In this document: positions 12,346-24,300 of the stretch, piece by piece
Numbering within the stretch: the stretch's first letter is position 1
Layout of the letters: each line of letters opens with the position of its first letter
Assembly (NCBI GenBank): GCA_013239625.1
Contig: MU053934.1
Location: forward strand, 6,404,399-6,468,398
Reading direction: 5' to 3'
Source of the DNA: Lama guanicoe
Taxonomy: Eukaryota
DNA: 64,000 bases
The notes under the pieces: model-generated
Databases searched by the model: none
Told to the model about the DNA's origin: nothing
Seen by the model: only the letters and a program-made list of their open reading frames with translations
Translations under genes and position numbers: made by a program

Positions 12346-15300
12346 GTGACTCAGAACTCAGATCTGATAATGACTGGCTAGTTCAAAAGTTTATGCGCCA
12401 ATTTGCAGACACTTCCAAGGTAGACTGTAAATAGTTCTGTCCTCTTTGGGGATGACAGAATCTATCCATCTGGTCCTGTATGAAGCAAGTTTCAGCACCT
12501 GGCCGTAAGAACGGTGGTGTAGGAACCGTTCACATTCAGCCTTAACACATTACCTTCATATCTGTTGTGGCTGCTTCAAGAACACTTGGTCAAAGAATCC
12601 AACAAGCACAGTAGACACAGAGCTGTCCTGGTAACTAGAGGTGGAAGCTTGAATAAAATTAGTCTTGAAACTTATCCAGGCACCAGGCAGATCTCAGCAC
12701 CTGTAGGTTGAGAACTGTTCATCCAGCAAACACCTCCTGAGCATCCACTATGGAAAAGAAGGCGCCTTTTAACACAGGTGCCAAGTCTGTGAGTAGCAGG
12801 CCTCACAGCAGACCCTCGGTGAGGGCTAAGTGAATGAGGGACTTTCTGTGTTGTGCCGTGTCCCGGCACCTTTTCATCAGATTTCCCTCTGACTCTATGG
12901 GGAGCCTTGGGTGGGATTAGTATTGCTCTACTAATTTCAGAGGATCTGATGGTACTTCAGTGGGCTTCAAGTGTTCAGGGGCTGGGGGGAGGTGACAGCA
13001 AAAGGCTGAGACAATCATCTCAAAGTACACATTCCATTGGCTTCACAGGAGGAGATGAAGCCCCAGGGTGTTGTTTGTTCTGCCCTCCATTAACTCCCTT
13101 GCTGGTTGTAGTCATTTGCTGATTAGCTTCCCTCACCTCCACCCCAGCACCCAGAGTATTAAAATAATTTGTACTTGTCCCCTCAGAAGTTGATGCAGCC
13201 TTTATGGGGTTCTCTTGTCATCCAGCCCAGCTTGTAAATGGCCGTGCGTGTCTTCTGCAGCAGCAGATGTGGGGCTGGGATCGTTATGAGGCACTCCATC
13301 CTTGGTTATTGCTCCAGCTACAGTGACAGAATGCAGCCCTCATCCACGTGACTTTTTTTCTCTTCTCCCAAGTCCTTCAGCCTCAGGTCCAAAGCCTAGT
13401 GACATCCTCCCAGGTGCAGCCAGTCACCATCCAGCAGCAGGTGCAGACGGTGCAGGCCCAGCGGGTGCTGACGCAGACAGCCAATGGCACGCTGCAGACG
13501 CTCGCCCCGGCCACGGTGCAGACAGTTGCTGCGCCCCAGGTGCAGCAGGTCCCGGTAGGTGGCCGACAAGGATTCAAGGAGGCTCTGGTTGGGGCTGTTG
13601 GCTGGTTTTTGGTTGGAGACATGGTCTGCATACTAAGAAGGACCAGCGGGGTGTAAGGGAGCAGCTCGTAGGGCAGGTAGGGTGCCTGGACCTTACGAGA
13701 CACTGCGTATAGACACCTGGCAGAAGTCACATCTGTAGAGGGACACTGGCACTCACATTAACTCAGTAAATGCCAGTGTATTGGCTCATTTACACATATA
13801 ATGGGTATAAAACTGGAAGGAAATGTACCAAAATGTTTTAAAATCATGTATTGTAGTGGGCTGTATTTCTAACTAATGAAGTAATTTATCTTTAAAAAAA
13901 AAAAGACAGTTTATCATTTTTGCTTCTCAGCCATATTCATGGCATTCCTAAGTTTGTCCAAAATCAGATATCTCTCCCCTCCACCCTCCACCCTCCACCC
14001 CAAGCCATGCCTGTTTGGCCCCTGCTAGGCCACTGGCACTGCTCTGCTCCAAGCCTTTCAACCTTACAACCCAGAGCCCCCTTTAGCTGTACTCTTTGTC
14101 CCCCTCAAGTCAGTAATTATGCTATATTCTCAGTTTGATGAATCTTTTGTAATTCTTTCTTGAAGGATCTATGCAGTTAGAAGTAATGCAAAATAGAAAA
14201 TAATGCTATCTTCCTTTTCCCGTTCTTCCTTTTCTATCCAGGTCCTGGTCCAGCCTCAGATCATCAAGACAGATTCCCTTGTTTTGACCACACTGAAGAC
14301 AGATGGCAGCCCAGTCATGGCTGCAGTCCAGAACCCAGCCCTCACTGCCCTCACCACCCCCATCCAGACAGCCGCCCTTCAAGTACCGGTAGGAGCTGCC
14401 TCCCGTGCCCCAACCTCCTCCTCCTTTCTTGGGGATATTCGGCCTCAGACATTAACAGAGCTTCCAGACGCTGAATAGACACGGAAGCTCTATGGAATGT
14501 GTCAGTCAAATTACAAAATCACCCCTTCTTAGTTTTTTCCCCTTGGGAATTACCAGCTCTGATGTGCTGTTATATGGGAGAATGAGGGTTTGTGAAGGGA
14601 AGAGGGGAGCAGCAGAGGAGCCCAGCTTCTGGGCAGCAGCTTCACACAGGACCATCTGCCTCTTGGGTTCTGCTGATGGAGGGTTAGCTTCTGAAGGACC
14701 CTCGGCCCCCCAGGCAGGGAGGGGCTCCAAGGTGGGGACATGGAATGCACCCATACTTCAGTTGTAGGGTCTCAGCCACTGTCAGCATCTTGTGGCAAGA
14801 GAGTCTGATGAAAAAAAGGATCAAAATTCAAAAGCAAGCATTGTTCATTAAAGCCAAGAACTGGAAACAACCCAAATATCCATCCAAAAAGAACTATTGC
14901 TACATACAACTGCATGAACTTCAAAAATAGTATGTTGAGCAAAAGATGCCTGTCTCAAAAGAGCTCATGCCAGTGATGTCATTCCTACGAAGTTCAAGAA
15001 GACGGTGACAGAAGTCAGAGCAGTGATTACAAAGAGCGGGGAGGGACACAAGGGGACTTTCTAAGGGGTAGCCTTGGTCTGTGTCTTCGTCTGGGTTATC
15101 TTGGTTACACAAGTATACGTACATAACGATTCCATCAAGCCGTACACTTAAAACATGTGCTTTTTACTATGTGTGAATTATTTCTTGATGACTAATGAAG
15201 TTGAGAAGCTTATTCATTAGCCATTTGGATATTGAGGCTACTGATTGAAGAAAATAAAACTAAAATTAGTAGAAAGAGAAAAAGAAAGGAAAGCAGATTT

Positions 15301-18300
15301 GAGAGGAAGGCAGGGGGAAATCCGCTGTAGTTGGTCTGTTTATTTAATAAAATGGCTCTGATGGTCAGTTCTGCCCTGGAGCTTCTTGATGGCCAAAGGA
15401 AATGCAGTAAGTTACTTCACCATCATGTGAGAGGAAAAAAATGTATCATGCACCAGGAGAGAGTTTTCCCTAGAACCAGAGTGACAGGGTGCACTGTGTG
15501 CCGGCTCGGAGGTGGTTAAGGGTTTGACAGCAAAGCAGAAATCATTCGACATGTTTCTGGCATCGCTGCATCAAGGTTAGCAAGTTGTCCACATTAATGC
15601 TGTTGTGGCACAGGATTAATCAACAGTGATTCTGGAAGGGGCCTAGTTCCTGAAGTACCGTTGCTCCTCAGGCTTCTGGACTTCATTAACCTAGGAAGCG
15701 TGTCAGACCGCACAGTTTTCAGGTGACACCACATGGCCAGGGCCAGCAGGTTCATGTTGTGAGGTTGCTTTACTCAGGCTGACCAAGTGGTCGTTCTGCC
15801 CTGTGTCTGTTCTAGACCCTGGTGGGCAGCAGTGGGACCATTCTGACCACGATGCCTGTGATGATGGGGCAAGAGAAGGTGCCCATTAAGCAAGTACCCG
15901 GGGGAGTCAAGCAGCTCGAGCCCCCCAAAGAAGGAGAAAGGCGGACGACACACAACATCATTGAGAAGCGGTATCGTTCCTCCATCAATGACAAAATCAT
16001 CGAGTTGAAGGACCTGGTCATGGGAACAGATGCCAAGGTAGGCACCACACAGAATGGTGTTTCCTGCCCCGTCGTCTCCTCTCTGTCTTTGCTGCAGGAG
16101 TTTAGGAAGATCCAGGACCAAGCTGAGTGAAGGCAAGAATAGTTAGAGGTGCTATCTTATTAAAGCGTCTTGGTGTTTTGAAATTCCAAGATTATAAAAT
16201 ATTAACCGCTGGGAGTTGGCAAGGAGTGGCCTGCCTGGACCTTTGACTCTGCTTTGCAGTTATGGTGACCAAGGACTTTTTTGGCAAATGTTTAGTTGTA
16301 TTCAGGGATGGCTAATGATATTTTAACCTTTTAGGGAGGAGAAAAAGTGGAGATTGAGTCTTTGACCAAGAGCAAATAGAGGAAATTGGTTTTTCATGTA
16401 TTTTTGGTGTTTCAATGAATGTATCTTTTGGCTTTGGCACGTAGGGGTTTTTTACATCTGTTATCTGTTTATCTTTACCTCTGTATTGAAAGAAATTCTA
16501 ATTTGCCTTGTAGCCTATTTAAATCTGAAAGGTGCTGATATACCTTTACGTAAGATAACCATCCAACAATGCTCTGGTTTTTTGTTTGCCATTTGTTTTC
16601 CTTAAAGTTTGTTTTGATGCTAGGATTATTATAGGAAGTAGGAATAATACCTAATATTTACTGTTACTGTGCACTGGGCCGGAGGCTAAGCTCTTTACAC
16701 ATTAACCCTCATGGCAAGCCTGTGACTCATATACTATCATTATCCCTGTTTCATGAAGGAGGAAAGTGCTGTTCAGAGATGTTCAGTGACTTCTGTATGG
16801 CTATTCAGTGGGCGAGTCAGCATCTGAACCCAGCACCTCTTACTCCAGAACCTGAGCTCTGGGCTTCTGCTCTCCTCACTGTGCAGGGTGGTCTGATGCC
16901 ACTGTGTTTTTCACCTGTCTTCCTTCCCAGATGCACAAGTCAGGTGTTCTGAGGAAGGCCATCGACTACATCAAATATTTGCAGCAGGTCAATCATAAAC
17001 TGCGCCAGGAGAACATGGTGTTGAAACTGGCAAATCAGAAAAACAGTGAGTGTGCTCATTGAGAAAAGGGTTTCAGAGCTTCTGGTTATAGGAGAAGTCC
17101 TGCGCTGGGCACTGGGGAGGGCCCACTGACGTGTACGAAGTGCCTGCAGGGGTGAAGTGGCAGCAGGGGCTGTGCATCCCTCACCCCGCCCTGGCGGGGC
17201 CTGTAATACAGGCCACTTGCCGGCGGGGTTTTCTTTACAGAACTCCTAAAGGGCATCGACCTGGGCAGCCTGGTCGACAGTGATGTGGACCTGAAGATCG
17301 ATGACTTCAACCAGAATGTCCTTCTGATGTCACCTCCGGCCTCCGACTCCGGGTCCCAGGCGGGCTTCTCCCCCTACTCCATCGACTCTGAGCCAGGAAG
17401 CCCTCTACTAGATGATGCGAAGGTAAGGAGCTTTTGAAATCCCTGACCCTGGAGTCTCTCCCATCTCCCCTGAGTTAATAGTGGGGAGGGCCCAGCGGAG
17501 GTCCAGGCCAGCTGTCCGGCCTGGGCTGGAGAAGAACAAGAATTTTGTGGAATTAGCCAGGTCTTAGAGAATAAAGGAGAAGAAAACTGACTCTGTGGGG
17601 AGACAACCTCCAGCTTGGCTGGTCCTCACTGAAAGGGCCCATCAGAGAGGAATAAGGGCCAAATCCAGGATGGGAACACACAGCCGCTTTCGCAGGAGCT
17701 GGGAGTTGCTGGTGGCGCCTCATTGCTTCCCTGGCCATAATGAGCCAGACAAGACCACTGTGGGAGGCTGATCAAGCTGGTTTAGGATGAGGCTGCCTCT
17801 GGGTCCTCTTCGGGAAATGATTACGATTTGCAGTCTAACAGATAACATTCTTACCAAGGGCCTTTAATCAGGGGAGAAAGCCCCTGGCAATTGTTTTTTA
17901 ATGAAATTAGTTAGGAGAGGCTCCTAATGACCCTCCTAGGAACCTGTGGAGACTCCTGGGTTTTGTAAGGTAATTTGACATTGGCGGTTTCTGACTTCAA
18001 AAGCAGAATTCCCTTCTAGTGTAAGTTTTTGATCAGACTGTTTATTGTATCATGTACTTAATTTTAGTAAGGCAGCTCTGTTTTTGAAATATTTTATGTG
18101 TGATTCTGTTTGACAACAAAAAGCCATATGACATAGACATTGAATTAGCTAGGTGTCTGAATCATCAGAAGGAATTTTCAAATGGTTTTAAAATATTGCA
18201 AAGGAGGGATGTGGGATGTACATGCTGGGGGTCAGGGGAGATCTGGTTCCAATCTCCCTCCCTCCCTGGGCTCCCCAGGCAGGCAGGGCCTCTGCCTCCA

Positions 18301-21300
18301 GTTCTCCCTCCGTAAAATGGGGAGAAAATAAAATAATATGTGGTTTTAGAATAGGCAATCTCCTGCAGATAGATTCATGCTGAAGTATGGTCTTTAATCA
18401 ACTTTGAGGTATGATTTATATGTGGTAAAATATACCTGTTTTATAGTATCATACAGTGTGATGAGTTTTAACAAATGTATACATTTATGTAACTCATAAC
18501 AATCAAGATAGAGAATAAAAAGCTGAAAGCATTTCTTGTAAGATCAGGAACAAGGATGCCCACCCTCACCACTTCTATTCAGCCTAGAATTGGAAGTCCT
18601 AGCCACAGCAGTCAGACAAGAAAAAGAAATAAAAGGAATCCAAATTGTAAAAGAAGAAGTAGAAGTGTCACTGTTTGCAGGTGACCTGATGACTATATAT
18701 AGAGTATCCTAAAGACACCACCAGAAAACTGTTAGAACTAATAAATAAATTCAGTAAATTTGCAGGGTACAAAATTAATGTACAGAAATCTGTTACTTTT
18801 CTATACACTAATGACGAAGTATCAGAAGGAGAACTTAAGAAAACAGTTCCATTTACAATTGCATCAAAAAGAATAAAATACCAAGGAGTAAATCTAAATA
18901 AGTAGATAAAAGACCTGTACTTGAAAAAGCTATAAGACATTGATGAAAGAAATTGAAGAAGACACAGATAGAAAGATATATTGTGCTCATGGACTGGAAG
19001 AATTAATATTCTTGAAATGACCATACTCCTCAAGGCAGTCTGCACATCCAATACCATACCAATCAAAACACCAATGGCACTTTTCACAGAACTAGAGCAA
19101 ATAATTCTGAAATTTATATGCAAACAGAAAAGACCCCAAATAGCCAAAACAATCTTAAGAAAGAAGAACAACGGTGGAGGTAGCATGTTCCCTGATTTCA
19201 AACTACAGTAATCAGAACAGTATGGTACTAGCACAAAAACAGACACACAGATCAATGGAACAGAATAGAGAACCTAGAAATAAACCCCTACTTACATGGT
19301 CAATTAACCTGTGACGAAGGAGGCAATAATATGCAAAGAGGAAATGGCAGCTTCTTCAATGGGAAGATGGGACGGCTACATGCACAAGAATCAGCTGGAC
19401 CACTTTCTCACACCATACACAAAAATAAACTCAAAATGGCTTAAAGACTTTAAGACTTGAAACCATTAAATTCCTAGAAGAGAGCATAGGCAGTACGTTC
19501 TTTGTTGTCGGTCTTAATATTTTTTGGGATATGTCTCCTCGGGCAAGGAAAACAAAAGAAAAATAACAAATGGGACTACGTCAAACTAGAAAGCTTTTTC
19601 ACAGCACAGGAAACTGTTAACAAAACAAGACCGCCTACTGAATGGAAGAAACTATTTGCAAACAACATACCTGATAAGGGATTAATATCCAAGATGTGCA
19701 AAGAACTCATACAACTTGATATCAGAAAAACAAACAACAGTTTAAAAGTGGGCAGAGGACATGAATAGGCATTTTTCCAGAGAAGACATACAAATGACCA
19801 ACAAGCACAGAAAGATGCTCAGTGTCACCAGTCAGGGAAACGCAAATCAGACCCACAAAGAGATATCACCTCACGCTTGTCAGAATGGCTGTTATCAAAA
19901 AGGCAACACAGAGCAAGTGTTAGTGAGGATGTGGAGAAAAGGAAACCCTAGTGCACTATTCGTGGGAGTATAAATTGGTCCAGCCATTATGGGAAACAGT
20001 ATGGAGATGTCTCAAATGAAAAACAGAACCACCGTACAGGCCATCAATTATACCTCTGGGTATTTATCTGAAGAAAACAGAAACACTTACTCGAAGAGAT
20101 ATATACACCCCTAGGTTCACTGCAGCATTATTTGTAATAGCAAAGATCAGGAAGCAACCTAAGTGCCCATAAACACATGAATGGACGAAGAAGATATGGT
20201 GTATATATGCAGTGAAATATTAACTGCAAAAAAGAGTGAAATCTTGCTATTTGCAACAACCAGGATGGACCTAGAGCGTAGTATGCTAAGTGAAGTGAGT
20301 CAGACAAAGACAAGTAATGTATGATTTCACTTATATGTGAAATATAAAAAAACAAAACAAACAAACAAATACACCAAAACAGAATCACAGATACGGGGAA
20401 CAAATGGGTGGCTGCCAGAGAGGAGGGGGTCGGGAGGGTGAGTGAAACAGGTGAGGTAAATTAAGAGGTACAGCCTTCCAATTACAAAATAAATGAGTCG
20501 CAGGGATGAAATACACAACAGGGGAATCTAGTCAGTGGTTCTGTAGGAACTTTGGTGACAGACTCAGTGTATCATGGAGATCTGCAGTGTATAAAAATAT
20601 AGTCACTGTGCCATACACCTGGAACCAACACAGTGTTGTAGATCGGTTATATTTCAATTAAAAATAACATTAAATGAATCTCTTCTAGTTAAAAAAAATG
20701 ATATAGAACGTTTTTATCTGCCATGAACGTACCTTTGCAGGAAGTTCACACAGCCCTATCCAGCCTCAGACAACTTCTGGTCTGCTTTCTGTCACCTTAG
20801 ATTAGCTTGTCTGTTGTGAAATTACACAGGAACAGAATCACGCAGTGCTCTCTTTAGTGATGAGCTGTGTTTTAAAAGCCAAGCTCATCTACCTTTGGTC
20901 TTGAGAACGTGTTCTCCCAGTGGCAGGAGGGCCAGAGCCCCGGTGTCTGAGCAGCAGTGGGAGTGTCGTGGGCTTCTTAGTTGCCGCCTGGCTTTATTCC
21001 CCTCCAGCTTGGTAGTCTTGGATTTAAATCTCACGGTCTGACTCTGATGTATATGAAAGTAAAATGCTGCCAAGACCTACGCAGTATTCATCCTCACCTC
21101 GCGGCTCCCTGTTTTGAAGGTCAAAGATGAGCCAGACTCTCCCCCAGTAGCGCTGGGCATGGTGGACCGCTCGCGCATCCTGCTGTGCGTCCTCACCTTC
21201 CTGTGCCTCTCCTTTAACCCCCTGACTGCCCTGCTGCAGTGGGGAGGGGCCCACGACTCAGATCAGCACCCACATGCAGGCTCCAGCCGCAGCATGCTGT

Positions 21301-24300
21301 CGCTCGAGTCAGGTAGGTGGAGGGCCCCTTGTGTCCCCCGCCCCGGGCTGGGTGGTCTGCTGTGGCCGGGGAAGGGCCCTGCGTGCAGTCCCTCAGCTTG
21401 TCCACCAGGTCCTGGAGGGCCTTTGTAGTGGGCCCCCACCTGCTTGCTTCTGTTGGGACTGGCATAAGTCACATTTGGGAAGTAACAGGGCAAACCCAAG
21501 CTCAGTCAAAAGAGCAAAACAAATCAGCACCCTGCACTGCTGTAACTGAGGGGGGCTTGGGGGTGTTGTGTTTGGAGGAGGTTGTGGTATCCCAGATTTG
21601 CCTATAGTGTGGATTAGGGTGTGTGTATTACTTCTACCCTAAGCACTTAGATGAAGCCATCTTCATATCCGCCCTTTGTTCGGAAAGTGAGGTAGGAGGC
21701 TCTTTGCGATCACAGTGCTGCTGTCACAGGACTGTGTCAGTCAGGTGCCCTGCTGTTGCCCAGGGCTGCGTTGGGAGGCCCTCCCTCCTGGGCTCAGCAG
21801 AGATGCTCCTCCCTAGGTTCTGGGGGCTGGTTTGACTGGATGATGCCAACGCTGCTCCTGTGGCTGGTGAATGGTGTGATCGTCTTGAGCGTCTTTGTGA
21901 AACTGCTGGTCCACGGGGAGCCAGTGATCCGGCCACATTCGCGCTCCTCAGTCACCTTCTGGAGGCACCGGAAGCAGGCAGACCTGGACCTCGCCAGGGT
22001 GGGTTCTGCTGCCGCCTTTCCCCTTCCTCCCCCGGGCTCGGCCCGCAGCTCAGCCACTTGTATCCAAGACCCCGTGTATGGAGATACCCCAGGGGCGGCA
22101 GAGGAGAGGGCGCCTCTGGAAATAGTTCCAGGGACACAGACGCTCTGTAGTGTGACAGGAGAGGGCTGAAGTGCTGTGAGAGTTGAGGGCAGAAGAGACG
22201 AGTGTTGACTGAAGGAATCCGGGGCGTGAGCAGAGTGGTCCGGGGCCGGAAGGACCCTGAAGGCGGAGAGGAGGGCACAAGTAGGTGGGCTGCTTGGGGA
22301 CTGGCAAGTTGATGAGTGTCGAGTGGAGGGCATGTTGGGGATGAGAGCTAAGGCTGTGGTGCAGCTCGGGCCTGAGCTGAGAGGTGCTTGACTAGCAACT
22401 GATTTGGGGCTTTCCCCCCAGTTCTCTGGAGAACCAGGAACATTTATGAGCAGCAAAATTAGCTGGAAGTTTTCTTTTGAAATCGACAAAAGAGTTTATG
22501 GGAAGGATTCTGGGGCACCTCCCAGCAGTGCAAGAAGATTTGGCATCCGCGTCTCAGGAGGGACGAGAACCAGGACACCCCGCAGCAGCAGGCGGCCGCA
22601 GGCCTGCCCGCCCCTCCTGCAGGCTGCGGTGCCCACATGGCAGAATCTGACTGACCAGCCTGTCAGTGGAACTGCCAGCTGTGTCCGGGGCTGCGTCTCC
22701 TCTACTGGAATATAGATGTGCTTGCTGGGGGCCTGCCCCTTAAACAGGACCCTGTTCCTGAGAAAAGCATCCCAAGGTGTATATGCTAGGGGCAGGTTCA
22801 GGTCTGTGTTTCACGACTGTCATTCTGGATGGCTGTGTGAAGGGTGGGTTAGAGGAGGGAAACACAAAACACACGGGAGCAAGTAAGGGGACTCAGAATT
22901 GACCAGGTGAGAGGCGGCAAAGACCTGGAACTGAAAGAAAAGACATGAACTGAAGAAATACTTCAGATGTGATATGGAGGGGAAGTGACAGTGACAATGA
23001 CAGTGACTCGAAGATGGGGGAGTCTGGAAGCCATGGTGGGCTCTGTCTAACCGTGTTGCTTGGAAGTACGGTCAGAGGGCCCGGTAGGAAGAAGTTCTCG
23101 ACCAGGAGGCAGGCTGCGGGGGCTGAGGCAGGTCGGGACAGAGTGTGTTGGAAGATGTGCGTCTGCTGGGAGATGGTGCTCGGGGAGACAGTGCTTGGGT
23201 TGGTGAGTTGGAAGAGGTAAAAGGCAAAGCCTGAGCCTTGGAAGCAGCCAACCTTCATGGGAAAGACGGAGACAAGGAGCCAGGGGACGCAGGGTGCATC
23301 CCACCTCCTTCAGAATCTATAAACAAAGGTGCTTCTCCTGGCTGGAAATACGGCACCGCTGCTTTAGACAGTGTCATCCTCAGAGCATTGTCTTCACTTT
23401 CCTTTGCAGTGAGCCCCTTTTCTGTAATGGTACAGGCAGGAACGTGCAGGTAGTACACCCACGGCAGGACAGGGGAAAGGAGAAGAGTGTTCGCTTCAGT
23501 TTCTCAAGACCGTGTAGCCTCTAATAATGAGAAGGGTCTTCAATACAGGGCAGTAGTGTCTCCATTAGACCTTCTCCAGTGGCAGAGAGTTGTTCATCCA
23601 GATCCTTGGTTAGAGCAGTTTAGCTGTGTATTTGCTGAAAACCATGGCTGTTGAACTTCAGACATCAAGATCACCTGGAGGGCCCGACCCCTGTGGTTCT
23701 GATTCAGTAGGTTGGGGGAGGGGAGGGGTGAGACACTCAGAATTTGCATTTCTAACAAGCTCCCAGGGGCTGATGCCACTGGTCTCCAGGGAGCACACTT
23801 TGAGAATCTGGAAGCCTAAAAGATCACACGGTTCGTCATCTAAGTCCATGTTACAGCTGATGTATAAAAGCTGCTGTGGGAAATTCTGAATGCCGTTTAC
23901 TCGAAGATAGAACACAGAACAATCCCAATTTAGTGAAAAGACTGGGAGGAAATATATCAAAATGTCGGCAGTCCTTCTTTCTGAGGGATAAGATTGCAGG
24001 TGATTTTCTTTTTACGTTTTGTAGCTTTCTGAATTTTCCCAGATTTTCTTCAGTGAGCATGTATTATACTCTGATAACCTGGAGGGGTGAAGAGAAAGTA
24101 AGAGTTTGTATTGAAGCCACAGCAAGGCAAGCGAACATTACACCTTCTTGCCACTTGCCAGGGGGATTTCGCGGCTGCCGCTGCCAACCTGCAGACCTGC
24201 CTGTCAGTGCTGGGCCGGGCCCTGCCCACCTCCCGCCTGGACCTGGCCTGCAGCCTCTCCTGGAACGTGATCCGCTACAGCCTGCAGAAGCTGCGCCTGG

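Noticed and set aside
18668..20518. ORF-track entries within the L1 elements (also 2457-3306 and 58144-60526)
   Set aside because: Fragments or antisense shadows of disrupted L1 ORF2, not host genes.
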